A DNA stretch of 60,780 nucleotides, filler included. It is 6 parts of 6 records of this genome, joined end to end, with 100 filler letters (N's around TTAATTAATTAA, not from the genome) between each part and the next. Parts side by side here need not be neighbours in the genome. Positions count along the whole stretch, not along the records: positions 17,831 to 36,350 come from SRR31156797_25395; positions 36,451 to 48,729 come from SRR31156797_25409; 4 more parts are not named here. One strand, written 5' to 3'. The notes beneath the pieces were generated by a model that was not told the DNA's origin, ran no database searches, and saw only the letters and a list, made by a program, of their open reading frames with translations. The position numbers were made by a program, and so were the translations under genes. Within the stretch, counting starts at the first letter, position 1; each line of letters opens with the position of its first letter. Below are positions 32,490 to 43,024 of this stretch, piece by piece.

Positions 32490-33135
32490 TCAATCTTTTG
32501 ATCCGCCGGCACTTGTCAGTCGAAAGACAGCCACATCACCGGTGTAAGAACCCGCGGCAATACAGCTCCGGTTCGAAAGTAAGCGAACACTGGTGATGGG
32601 GCTTGAAGCGATCTTGCGCTTTCCCAGGCAGCTTCCATCGGAGGAGTGCCGGATATGTACGTTTCCGCCATCATCGCCGATTGCGATCCACTGCCGCGAT
32701 ACATCCACGGAACGTACCCCAACCTTGAGTTCGACCCTGGCACGTAATGCAAAAGGATTGAACTGGTAGAGGTCAAACCCGGCGTCGGTTACAACCACGA
32801 ACCATTCGCCGGTCGAAGCAACCTCCATGGTCAGCACTCGGCCCGGCATGTTCCATTGCCGCACCGGTTCCCGTGCCGGGACACGCCACAGGTAACCGTG
32901 TCCGTCCCTGCTGTGCAATTTCCCACAAACGCAGTATGTGATGCGTGTTTGCGGCAAGCAGCCGGTTGCCGTCGGCGGAGAGATCAACCCGCGCAATAGA
33001 TTCACCCTCGTAGCGCTGGAGCAATAGTTGCTGCCATTCCCAGGACGGCACCGATGATTCAGGCCGTCCACGGTTACACCCCATAACCAATACGCCAAGG
33101 AAAATAAGAACGCAAAAACGATGGACCACTGGCAT
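32490..33135 (-). pseudogene. Disrupted WD40-like beta-propeller lipoprotein
   Basis: ORF 32773-33135 has a lipobox (VMGC) and VDLSADGNRLLAAN...LRLWEI. Near 32905 the propeller-like sequence continues in another frame (IAIGDDGGNVHI, IAAGSYTGDVAVF). Confidence 0.55.
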
Positions 33136-33251
33136 TGCCGTCCTCCTGTTTGGCCGATACGTAAGTTGTTATCTGCCGGGGGCCTGTAAATGGTGCCATC
33201 TTTCTCATACGCCATATTTCCAAAGGATTCAATATTTGGTATTCATGAACA

Positions 33252-33780
33252 ATGAAGACCATTATCGCAGCCGACATAGGCGGAACAAACGCCCGGTTCA
33301 AGGCCTTTGGAACCGATGGGCAATAACTCTTCCCTGAAGGGGAGGTCCGGTTCCCAACCAAAGGGGCCGCTTCCTTTGAAGAACTCATGGAGCAGCTCAC
33401 TTCAAGTCCGTTCCCGCTCAAACCCGCCAGGGCCGACATGTTTGCCCTCGCACTGGCCGAACCTGTTCAGGGGGGCGGTACTGCCTTCGGAAGGCGGCCA
33501 CGGATTATTTCCGTTTTCCGGGGAAGCGGAGTTCAGGCTTCAGCGTTTTATCATGAACCGCACCGGGGTGAGCCAGGTCGTTTGGGAGCATGTGGTTTCC
33601 GGGCCCGGCCTGTCCCATATCCACGCCTTTTTGACCGGCAAGGAGATGTCGCCTGCCGAGGTTGCCGCCCAACCCGCCAAACACGCCGACACCCATCGAT
33701 GGGCGTCGCGGTTTTATGCCCGGGCCTGTCGGAATTTCCAGATACCCGGATTCCCCGCTCCGGCAATACCGTTCCGGTAA
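33252..33780 (+). pseudogene. glk: Glucokinase pseudogene (in-frame stop, internal deletion/frameshift, truncated)
   Basis: ATG 33252 gives MKTIIAADIGGTNARF; TAA at 33324-33326; the same frame continues to LALAEPVQG; another frame then carries PSEGGH and EHVVSGPGL. Confidence 0.82.
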
Positions 33781-33901
33781 TCAAAAATAACAAAAACCCC
33801 CCAAATGGGTGATGAAAAGCCGTTGTCGGACTGGTACATAAGGTTTGAAAAGATATGGGCCTGTCGAAGATGATGGATGATCAAAATAACAGGAGACTCG
33901 G

Positions 33902-34120
33902 ATGATGCGTTGGGAAGAGATCAACAAGGAACCGGTAACGGAGGTTGCCATTCGATTCCAGGACTGTGATCCGTTCGGGCATTTCGACCTGACCAAAGGG
34001 CAGCTGATTACCCATTCCGAAGACCTGATGGAACTATTTGAGAAAATAGCAAAAACCGGAGTGAATACGGATGATTTCGATGAAAGAATCAAAGAAGTCA
34101 TCCGGTTGCACAAAAATTAA
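33902..34120 (+). pseudogene. Acyl-CoA thioesterase (4HBT/YbgC-like) remnant with internal deletion
   Basis: IRFQDCDPFGH is followed directly by FDLTKGQLITHSEDLMELF, so the hot-dog core after the DxxGH motif is missing. Confidence 0.55.
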
Positions 34121-34608
34121 GAGATGGCATGTTCCTGATCCCGGTTTAATTTTTCTGATGCCGTCCCCGGTTGCCGGCACATCTTACAATGATGGTCATA
34201 CGCTTCCGTTATTACAAATCCAAACCGGTCATACAGACGTTTTGCCGGACTGCCTGTAATGACAAACAGGCTTATCGGTATCTGCAATTTCTCGGAGCGC
34301 ATAATTGTCTCACGGATAAGCCCGGCACCTATCCCCTTTCCTTGGAATTCAGGCAGGATTTGCATTTGATGGAGATGCAGCTCATCCGTCCCGGGAATTA
34401 CTTTTATGATTCCGACGTCTTTCCCGCCGATCATAACGATCCGGGCATTATTCAATTGATCCGCCGCCTTCCCACGTTCTTCCCTGTCGTTCCAACCGTG
34501 GGTGTCTTTAAAAAGCGGTTTCATGGTTTTGATCCGAAGGTGGAATATAAACCCAATGTCGTCATGGGCAGCGGGCCGTAAACTATAATTGATGGTCTCT
34601 TTTTTCAT
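34117..34608 (-). CDS. GNAT family N-acetyltransferase
   Basis: LRPAAHDD, ILPEFQGKGIG (motif A), SPAKRLYDRFGF. Confidence 0.9.
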   Translation of the reverse strand: MKKETINYSLRPAAHDDIGFIFHLRIKTMKPLFKDTHGWNDREERGKAADQLNNARIVMIGGKDVGIIKVIPGTDELHLHQMQILPEFQGKGIGAGLIRETIMRSEKLQIPISLFVITGSPAKRLYDRFGFVITEAYDHHCKMCRQPGTASEKLNRDQEHAIS

Positions 34609-34617
34609 TATCTTTGC

Positions 34618-34902
34618 TTATGGTAAGTGGTTTAAGAATTTCTTAACGACCATTGTGTTAAAATTTTGCGGTTCCTCATAAAATGGAAAGTGAGCGGAAT
34701 TCTCAAACCATATTATCTCTTTTGAGGGTGCGTCCAGCAAATCATGGTATTGCTCAACCAGGGAAGATGGCGTGTCATGATCATGACGCCCTGTAAAAAA
34801 AATACACCGGAACCGCCACTCGATTAACGCTTTTTTGAAAATCGAGATGCCAGATCGAATACAAAGGTCCGCAATCGTATTTTCATATATTTTCTTTTGC
34901 AC
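34618..34902 (-). pseudogene. Alpha/beta hydrolase C-terminal remnant
   Basis: FTGRHDHDTP...WFENSAHFPFYEEP (catalytic Asp/His region); upstream VAVPVY lies in another frame across a homopolymer; N-terminus absent. Confidence 0.65.
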
Positions 34903-34990
34903 GGAACAAGGACCCAGGTGCCGGTCGTTTTGTCTTTAAATTCGGAACCATGATAGCCTGTTATTTTTTATTTGCAAATCTTTGCCGTTC

Positions 34991-35817
34991 TTATTCCCAG
35001 GAAAATTTAATTGAATCATATACCGCAAAAATTCCTCCCTGTATGCCTGCGATTTTGACAGGCTCTTTATCATCAAAAACCAGAAACACCGTTGATATCA
35101 AATTTCCCTTGCCATCGGTGTCGTTTTTCAGGTCCACATCGATGATATCCGAGTATCTATAAGTTCTTTTTTTAAAATAGCTTTTAATGGTAACGGAATT
35201 TTCATCTATTGTAATCCTTTTGACTTCCCATAAATATCCTATGATGGAGAACAGAACGAACCCGGCAAAAATCCACATGGCGTCAAGTTGATTGCCAATA
35301 AAAGCAGCAATTGCTCCTCCTCCAAAGAAGACACCGGAAACAATGAAGATTCCTCTAACAGACCATGAAGATACAAATTCGTTTTTCAGGTTTAGATTAT
35401 CTGAATCGTTTTTTCTTGATAGAATGATCTCGGAAAGGGTATCGAATCCAACCAATTGATAGTCGATCTTCAGCAATGTATCTCCAAACCTGTTTTTTAG
35501 ATCCATACGTTGGGAAAGAGGCCTTTCATGAATTGTATAAATATCATTCCAATCGATTGAGTGCTTCGAGTTATCTTTGCCAATCACATGAATGGCTGAA
35601 TCATCCACCATAATGGTATCCTTCTTTGAAAAAAATCATATCCCATATGTGCAAACATGGACATAAATAAAGATAAGGGGAGGAAAATGAGCACCTTTGA
35701 AATATTCTTGTATTCATAAAAAGCAAAACCTGTTCCAATTATTGCAAGGGAACCGAAAAACAGCACCGCTACTACCGAGAGCCATTTATAAAATGTGGGA
35801 TAATGGAATTGTTTCAT
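34991..35817 (-). pseudogene. Membrane protein (two TM-hairpin + PH-like repeats) split by a 1-nt frameshift
   Basis: ORFs 35584-35817 and 34991-35611 join if the A7 run at 35629-35635 had one more base (DFFSKKDTIMVDD). Confidence 0.6.
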
Positions 35818-35827
35818 AATATTAAAT

Positions 35828-35880
35828 AACGGCTAACCAGCTGCGTGGATTTTTGCTTCAGCACCGGCAGCACGTTACAC
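35828..35880 (-). mobile_element. Degenerate attC-like integron recombination site
   Basis: Minus strand GTGTAAC (contains the upstream gene's stop), imperfect GCTGC/GCAGC stem, GTTAGCC, then the next ATG 13 nt later. Confidence 0.4.
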
Positions 35881-36350
35881 CTTCATTTCATTTATACCGT
35901 CGTAAATATTTTTATATTTTAACTTGGAAAGCAACTCTTCTCGGAATCTCCTGGTATCTCCAAAATATGAAACACGTCCAATATCTATAAAATCTTTTGT
36001 TAATGGGCTTTTTACAGTGAAAACTGTTTGAAACAGTTTCAGATATAAAAACTGCGGAATAGATCATCCACAGCGGCATCCGCCAAGGCCTTGAGACCTT
36101 CCATGTATCGCATGCATAGTCAAGAAATGATTGCAACGTGTCGTTTCCTTCATCACCAATATGGTAAATCCCTTTTGCATTATTGTTGATTATTGCAGCG
36201 GTAACACCCCGACAGAAATCAATCTTGGATATTAAATGGATTTCTGTCTCTTCTTTCCATACTGCGAGTAGTCTTTTTCGTGCGAAACAATATGCAGCAT
36301 CCATCATGAGTATTCCCATACCCCTATGTGGCAGGATAGTTGTCGCCTCA
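35875..36350 (-). pseudogene. NAD-dependent epimerase/dehydratase-like C-terminal part, frameshifted near 36010
   Basis: IHLISKIDF, GIYHIGDE; after the shift PLTKDFIDIGRVSYFGDTRRFREELL...NEMKV, stop at 35875-35877. Confidence 0.55.
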
Positions 36351-36450
36351 NNNNNNNNNNNNNNNNNNNNNNNNNNNNNNNNNNNNNNNNNNNNTTAATT
36401 AATTAANNNNNNNNNNNNNNNNNNNNNNNNNNNNNNNNNNNNNNNNNNNN
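36351..36450. other. Artificial contig spacer
   Basis: N run containing TTAATTAATTAA. Confidence 0.98.
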
Positions 36451-37438
36451 AAATAAACGACCCCGGATCAGATTTAAGAAAGTACAAGCCATGCATGGGT
36501 TCTACGTAACGCTCGTTCTCCTCCTCAAAAAGTGTTTTTATAAACTTGCCGGAGCGTACATCGTATCGGTTTAAAACCAGGTGGTTTTGGCCACGGTTCA
36601 GCAGTCCGATGTAAATGTAATCTCCTTTTGGCCCCCAGGTTACGGATGTCAGGTATTGGTTTTCCGGCCCCGGGGTTCTGATCCAGGTGATTTGGTTTAC
36701 GGCAGGATCGAAAATCCCGAGTTTAACCACCTGGCTTTTTTCGCCGGCCATGGGGTAGGCAATCGGGTCAGGCTTGGCTATCCGGTTAAATATATCCACA
36801 TTTGGATATTTGGCTACTTCAGTCTGGTCGATTTGGTAGAATGCCAGTTTTTTCCCGTTGGGTGACCAGAATGATCCATGGCTGATCCCGAACTCATTTC
36901 TTGATGGAACATGACCATAAAGAATATCCTCGTTTTCTTCATCGCTTACGTTTATTTGCTGCCCGTCAATAGAAACATAAAGGTTATTGCCGATGGTGTA
37001 TGCTACTGAAAATGTGTCCTCATGAATTTCTACATTTTCAGCCTCTTCGGGATATTCATTCACCTGAAGGAGCGTATCTTTCTCAAAACTGAAAACATAT
37101 ATTTTTTGATCATTGCTAAAATAAAGCTGCTGATCATCAACCCAATTGATTCCCGGCATTCGTCGTAAATCGTCAAGGTCTGCGTATTTTGATTTTAATG
37201 CTTCCAGTTTCAGCAGTGTATCAATCAGTTCTGGTTGGAAGGCGTTTTTCTGCAGCAGGGCATTATTTTCGACGTAAGTAAAACTGTCCGTATCTCCCCG
37301 CCATTCCAGATTCTGAATAGACTCCGGATAAAGATCCCAGTTCATGTAGTCGTTGTAGCTAAAGAGTTTGTCCTGTGCATGCGTGCTGATAAAACTTATC
37401 ATGCAAAAAACTGAGAGTATTGTGCTTTTTAGTTTCAT
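36451..37438 (-). CDS. Dipeptidyl-peptidase IV (S9B) N-terminal propeller region, truncated
   Basis: Signal peptide MKLKSTIL; RNEFGI, FWSPNGKKLAFY, YPMAGE, LNRGQN. Confidence 0.88.
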
Positions 37439-37532
37439 TGTAAAATTAGCTTTGCGTTTCTGAATATGATCAATTTTGGTCATCCCTGCCCATTCCTTTT
37501 ACCGGACGTCCGACAGCGGTTTTACGAAACGG

Positions 37533-37540
37533 CAAAAGTA
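37533..37540 (-). promoter_or_regulatory. Bacteroidota -7 promoter element (TAnnTTTG) for the DPP-IV gene
   Basis: Minus strand TACTTTTG about 95 nt upstream of the start. Confidence 0.5.
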
Positions 37541-37606
37541 AGATTTTAGAAACTAATTTTGCTCTTATACTATTGTGAATTGCTCAGAGAGATGGGTACA
37601 AAAAAC

Positions 37607-37638
37607 AAAAACCCGGAAATTTGATGATTCCCGGGTTT
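37607..37638 (-). terminator. Rho-independent terminator
   Basis: AAACCCGG...CCGGGTTT stem with a T tract on the minus strand, downstream of the T9SS gene. Confidence 0.7.
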
Positions 37639-37661
37639 AATTGAAACATGATGTTGCCGTT

Positions 37662-39344
37662 TTATTTTATAATGAGTTTCTGAATGGCTACATCGATTTT
37701 ACTTGTTCCTTCCACAAAGTAGATACCGGCCGGAAAATTGTTTACATCAACTTCAAAAATGTCCTTAACATCATTTTGCTGATAAACCACTTGTCCGGAT
37801 CTGTTGATAATCCGAATGGACTCAAAACCGCTTGCAGAAATGGAAACCTGGTTGGTAGCCGGGTTAGGATATAAGCTAATATTGTTTCCGGCAGGATCCT
37901 GGATGCCCGTTAACACATCTCCGTCAGCTTGTTGAAGGTAAAAAATAAAGGTTTTAACCATGCCGGTCTGGATGGTTACATTCGTGATGTTTTGTTCATC
38001 ATAACCTTCTGCACCACATGTCAGATCATAGGTTCCGGCTGGCAAAAGCAGCGAGAAGTGTCCGCCAAAGGGTGTTGGGCTTGTGATGGTTCCATTATCG
38101 GCATTCGATGCTGCAATCCATGCATCATCAATAGAAACATTCGTATTTGCATCCCTTACAAATCCCTGAATTTTTCCGAGATCGCCATCGATGAAGATCA
38201 TAACCGGGCCTGCCTTGGGAGATTCTCCGTTATCGTAGACTGCCGAAACCCCATAAATATGGTTCCCTGGCGATACGTCTTCATCAAAGTAGCTTGTTTC
38301 AGTGATGGGGTCCGGGGTAATGGAAACATCATCCCTGTAAATATTGTAACCAAGCAATTCGCGCCCTGCCGGGGCACTCCAGTTCAGGGTTACATCATTA
38401 CCTGATAATTCTGCTGTGAGGTCGGTTGGCGGATCAAGCACAGGAGGTGGGCTGAACATAACCAGCTCCAGAAACTGGAATGAACCATCATAAATTACAG
38501 TACTGGTTCCGGAGCCTGTGTTAGCCAGGTTTACACCCTGGTTATTGGTCCATAATATGTTACCATCTCCCAGTTCAAAATTTCCCCGGGCACTACCACC
38601 CGATGTTCCGCCGATGGTAGCCAGGTAATTCCCATCGCTGTCGTACTGGTGCACACCTGATGAATAACCGGTAGTTGAATTGGAAAATGAGGATGCCAGG
38701 TAATCGCCGTTTGACATTTCAGAAATTTGTTGTATAAAATTGATCTCTGCCGGCACATTCCAGGCTGAAAGATAAGTTCCAGCCAGGTCGTATTCGGCGA
38801 TTTGAGAACTAAACCCACCAGAGTTTGAGAAGCTGATCAGTACATGATCTCCATTATATGGCAAAAAACACCAGGGGCTTCCATCTACCAGGAAATTCCC
38901 CACAATGTCCCCGTTGAAGTCAATTTGAATCACCGAATTACCCGGCGCCCCGTTATTTGATCCGGCGTTGCTGAGCCATACCTGACCATTGATGATCTGC
39001 ATTCCGCGAATGTTGTCGAGGCCTCCGGATTCGCCAATAGCCGCAATATAATTTCCTTCCATGTCGAAACGGTACACCTTATCTTTGGTTTGATCACTGA
39101 TCCAAAGTTCATTCTCAACTTTTAAAACGTGTTTTACCGTCCCCACTTCTAGGGATGACAGGTTAATAAATTCGTCGTAGGCTATTGAGCCATCTTCAGG
39201 GTCTAACAAAATAACTTTTTTCTCATCATTGTTCAGCCCCACAGTCGCAATATATTCTCCCTGTGGCTGGGCTATTGCGGCACTGCCATATAAAAATGCC
39301 AGTATACCAATACAAATGAATCTGAGTGTAAATACTTTTTTCAT
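37662..39344 (-). CDS. T9SS type A sorting-domain protein (beta-propeller, FN3, carboxypeptidase-regulatory-like, CTD)
   Basis: Signal peptide MKKVFTL; PPTDLTA...LNWSAP...GYNIYRD (FN3); LYPNPAT...GIYFV...KLIIK (CTD). Confidence 0.85.
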   Translation of the reverse strand: MKKVFTLRFICIGILAFLYGSAAIAQPQGEYIATVGLNNDEKKVILLDPEDGSIAYDEFINLSSLEVGTVKHVLKVENELWISDQTKDKVYRFDMEGNYIAAIGESGGLDNIRGMQIINGQVWLSNAGSNNGAPGNSVIQIDFNGDIVGNFLVDGSPWCFLPYNGDHVLISFSNSGGFSSQIAEYDLAGTYLSAWNVPAEINFIQQISEMSNGDYLASSFSNSTTGYSSGVHQYDSDGNYLATIGGTSGGSARGNFELGDGNILWTNNQGVNLANTGSGTSTVIYDGSFQFLELVMFSPPPVLDPPTDLTAELSGNDVTLNWSAPAGRELLGYNIYRDDVSITPDPITETSYFDEDVSPGNHIYGVSAVYDNGESPKAGPVMIFIDGDLGKIQGFVRDANTNVSIDDAWIAASNADNGTITSPTPFGGHFSLLLPAGTYDLTCGAEGYDEQNITNVTIQTGMVKTFIFYLQQADGDVLTGIQDPAGNNISLYPNPATNQVSISASGFESIRIINRSGQVVYQQNDVKDIFEVDVNNFPAGIYFVEGTSKIDVAIQKLIIK

Positions 39345-39495
39345 AACGATAGGTTTTAATGAATAATTAAAATGTGTCTGCATAAATTGACTGAACATCA
39401 AATATGAAAATTCTTTTTATATATAGAGCAAAGTGGAATATTAAATTTCGTTAATTATTGATTATAAACCGATAATCCAATAATGGTTTAACGGC

Positions 39496-39530
39496 AAAAA
39501 AAAAGCACCATAACCGTTAGATTATGGTGC
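39496..39530 (-). terminator. Rho-independent terminator after the DUF2723 gene
   Basis: GCACCATAA/TTATGGTGC 9-bp stem plus T9 on the minus strand. Confidence 0.8.
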
Positions 39531-39553
39531 CTGAAAATATTTTTCGTTTTGCT

Positions 39554-42500
39554 CTATTCAAAGAAATCGATCAGTCGTTGCAGTTCCTGGTCAATTTTAT
39601 CGGCCTGTTCATTTTCTTTGGCACGGGCTGCAAGCAGCGAAAGCTGTTGCATTACCATGAGAGACTGCTCAATATCCTGCCTGTAATATTGCCTGAATTT
39701 CCGGTCGAGCGAGGCGTAATACTCAAGGTTTTCCACATAGCTTTCGAAAAGAATATCTGAAGCTGCATTGGCTTTATCATTGGCTTCCGCATCGTAATAG
39801 GTTTCCACCATCGGAACCATATATATATCCCACGGAATTTTGCTGTGTGGGAAATACTTTTGAAGTGTGTCCAGGGTATTGATGGCTTTTGCAGGTTCGC
39901 CTTCATCCAGAAGTGCCTGTGCAAGACGCAGATAATTTTGTTTTGGCATTACACTATTCCTGCGGCTTTCGGGATCGATATACACACCGGGCTTATTCAG
40001 GTTGCCCCATTTGGCTTTATTAACCAGCAGGTCATAAGTCTCACCGGTGTCGATGCCTCCCAACCCCTGGATGGTGTGTTTTGCCTTAACCGGTAAAAAG
40101 CGATACACCACACCTTCGAGGTGGCAATAATCATCCACATCAAGCACTTTTTCGATGGCAGCCGGGCTGGTGAAATAGATTGGACGTTCCCAATTATTTG
40201 AAGCAATTAAATCCAAAAGCATCAGGTCGTTTTTGTAAAGGTAGTTTTGTCTGACCCTCCAGTTTAATTCAGGAACAATTCCATCCTGCATATCTTTTGG
40301 AACCAACCCTTTCTCAATGAGTTCATCTTTGTTTATGGTAAGTTTCAGACTTTTGGTCGGGATGTAGTTGAGTTCATCGCTATCGCCAAAGCTCCACTTG
40401 GTGCGCTGGTTATCACTTTTAATGAAATTTATGATGCTGCTGAGTTCCTGCGCTCCTTTAATCTGTTCCAGTTCGATGATGGGTACATAATTGTTGGATC
40501 CCTTTTCGTAGTCATCATAATCAAGCGTGAAAGGAAGTTTTTCCGAATCATATATTTTCCGCATCATCTGGTGGATATACCATTCGCCGGAAGCCAGCAT
40601 GTAATTTACAACCCTTACATCTGTGCGTACGCCTTCCACTTCCTGGATATACCACAAAGGGAAAGTGTCATTATCACCATTGGTAAATAAAATGGCATTG
40701 GGTTCGCAGGATTCAAGGTAATTTCTGGCAAATTCCCGGGCAGCATATTTATCCGAGCGGTCATGGTCGTCCCATCCTTCTGAAGCCATAATTCCCGGTA
40801 CCAGGATTAGAGCTGCAACTGTAACAACGATAGCTGAGACCTTCGCATTCATCACTTTATTAAGGATATTATAAAGTGCAAGCACGCCAAGCCCAATCCA
40901 AATGGCAAAAGCATAGGTGGAACCTGCGTAGGCATAGTCTCTTTCCCGTGGCTGGTAAGGATATTGGTTCAGATAAATAATGATTGCAAAGCCCGTCATT
41001 AAAAACATCAGGCCAACTACTATGCTGTTTTTATAATCGCGGTTAAGGTGGAAGAATAATCCGGCCAGGCCCAAAAGCAATGGTAATAAATAAAACTTGT
41101 TATGTGCTTCGTTTTGCCTGGAGGGTGGTAAATCCACCTGGCTGCCCAAACGGCCAGCATCCACCCCGTCAATACCTGTAATCCAGTTGCCGTTTTCAAT
41201 TTCACCATGGCCCTGGATGTCATTTTGTCGTCCGGAATAATTCCACATGAAATACCTGAAATACATAAAACCAACCTGGTACCTGAAGAAAAACCGGAGG
41301 TTCTCCCCAAAAGTAGGTTTTACGATTGTTTCCACTTCTCCTGAAGGATTGGTATGTCGTTTCGGAACGCCCTCAACTTCGCCCCATTCCTTGTATTCAC
41401 GAACATGAATGCTTTTCTGGTTGCTCCACATACGCGGGAAAATGGTTGTAAAATCAGAATCATACACCGGAATGGTTCCTTTACGATCGTCGGCTACCAC
41501 ATATTCTCCTTTATTATAATCCTTGATATAAACTGGATTACCGTCATCGTAATCATCAATTGGTGAATTATAATACTGGCCGTATAAAAGTGGCCAGGAA
41601 CCGTATTGTTCACGGTTTAGATACGAGAGTAAACTAACCGCATCTTTAGGTGCATTTTCATTGATCGGGGTATTGGTGTTTGAACGAATAACTATAAGTA
41701 GAAAGCTTGAATATCCAATCAAAATAAAAACCAGGCTCAGCACAACAGTATTGAGTTGTGCCTTTCTTTCCCTGGCAAGATAGATGAGGGCAGCTACTGC
41801 AGCTCCCACAATTAACCGGATAAAAAAGCTACCTACTGAAGCACTTTCGGTAAGTATCAACAAGTAAAGCACACCTGCCAGGCCCATGGCAATTTTGTTG
41901 GTCTGGTCATTATCTGCATTGGTAGCTCTGATGGCGAAATAAATGGTTAGGATAAGCAGGAGTGAAAGGAAAATGGTACCCGAATTAAAAGGCAATCCAA
42001 TCGTGTTTACAAAGATCAGCTCGGTATGCGCGTACAAACTCACCACTTCCGGAATGATACCGAACATGATAAATGCCAGGATCACAAACGAAACACCCGC
42101 TGTAATAAGCATTCCTTTGGTGGAAGGTTTAAATTTCTTGAAATAATAAACAAATGTGATAGCAGGAATTGCCAATAAGTTAAGCATGTGAACTCCTACG
42201 GAAAGCCCAACCATGTAAGCGATCAGGATGAGCCATCTGGATGAATGGGGTTCATCTGCAACGGCTTCCCATTTAAGGATTGCCCAAAAGACGAATGCCG
42301 TGAAAAAACTTGACATGGCATAAACTTCACCTTCCACAGCTGAAAACCAAAAGGAGTCGCTTACGGTGTAGGCCAGTGCGCCAACAATACCGCTACCAAA
42401 TATTGCGATCATCCTTGATGAAGTCATCTCACCACCAAGCAGAGCTGCTTTCCTGGCCAGGATGGTAATCGACCAGAAGAGAAACAATACCGTGAAACTG

Positions 42501-42763
42501 CTTGAGAGCGCCGACATAACATTCAGCATCAGTGCAACCTTGGTTACATCACCAAAGGCAAACAGCGAAAAGATTCGTCCGACCAATTGGAAAAATGGTG
42601 CACCCGGCGGGTGACCTACCTGAAGTTTGTATGCTGTAGCAATGTATTCACCACAATCCCACCAGCTTGCAGTGGGTTCGATTGTTAATAAGTAAATTAA
42701 AGTGGCAACCAGCCATACACCCCAGCCAATCAGGGTGTTGTATTTGTTAAAATTTTTCATCAA
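39554..42763 (-). CDS. DUF2723 / TMEM260-like multi-TM GT-C glycosyltransferase
   Basis: WDCGEYIA, HPPGAP, WFSAVEGEVYA, RERDYAY, GDNDTFPLWY. Confidence 0.9.
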   Translation of the reverse strand: MMKNFNKYNTLIGWGVWLVATLIYLLTIEPTASWWDCGEYIATAYKLQVGHPPGAPFFQLVGRIFSLFAFGDVTKVALMLNVMSALSSSFTVLFLFWSITILARKAALLGGEMTSSRMIAIFGSGIVGALAYTVSDSFWFSAVEGEVYAMSSFFTAFVFWAILKWEAVADEPHSSRWLILIAYMVGLSVGVHMLNLLAIPAITFVYYFKKFKPSTKGMLITAGVSFVILAFIMFGIIPEVVSLYAHTELIFVNTIGLPFNSGTIFLSLLLILTIYFAIRATNADNDQTNKIAMGLAGVLYLLILTESASVGSFFIRLIVGAAVAALIYLARERKAQLNTVVLSLVFILIGYSSFLLIVIRSNTNTPINENAPKDAVSLLSYLNREQYGSWPLLYGQYYNSPIDDYDDGNPVYIKDYNKGEYVVADDRKGTIPVYDSDFTTIFPRMWSNQKSIHVREYKEWGEVEGVPKRHTNPSGEVETIVKPTFGENLRFFFRYQVGFMYFRYFMWNYSGRQNDIQGHGEIENGNWITGIDGVDAGRLGSQVDLPPSRQNEAHNKFYLLPLLLGLAGLFFHLNRDYKNSIVVGLMFLMTGFAIIIYLNQYPYQPRERDYAYAGSTYAFAIWIGLGVLALYNILNKVMNAKVSAIVVTVAALILVPGIMASEGWDDHDRSDKYAAREFARNYLESCEPNAILFTNGDNDTFPLWYIQEVEGVRTDVRVVNYMLASGEWYIHQMMRKIYDSEKLPFTLDYDDYEKGSNNYVPIIELEQIKGAQELSSIINFIKSDNQRTKWSFGDSDELNYIPTKSLKLTINKDELIEKGLVPKDMQDGIVPELNWRVRQNYLYKNDLMLLDLIASNNWERPIYFTSPAAIEKVLDVDDYCHLEGVVYRFLPVKAKHTIQGLGGIDTGETYDLLVNKAKWGNLNKPGVYIDPESRRNSVMPKQNYLRLAQALLDEGEPAKAINTLDTLQKYFPHSKIPWDIYMVPMVETYYDAEANDKANAASDILFESYVENLEYYASLDRKFRQYYRQDIEQSLMVMQQLSLLAARAKENEQADKIDQELQRLIDFFE

Positions 42764-42988
42764 CGATAATTTTTGATGCTATTGAAAATTGCGCGGCGAA
42801 AATAATCAATTTAATCTGTTATGCTTATGATTTTCCCAGTTTTCAGTGTCCTTCCATGTTCAATATCTTAAACTTACGTTTTCGCATTTACCCTAACGAA
42901 ATCATTTTTGAATAATTATTTTTCGGATTTTTGATTTTTCAAATCACGATCTTTAATTTGCAATCTGTTTTTAACCAGTAGTTTGTCG

Positions 42989-42996
42989 TATTTTTG
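42989..42996 (+). promoter_or_regulatory. Bacteroidota -7 promoter element for speB
   Basis: TATTTTTG about 30 nt upstream of the speB ATG. Confidence 0.5.
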
Positions 42997-43024
42997 CATA
43001 TTCAATCAATATTGAATTTTAAGC

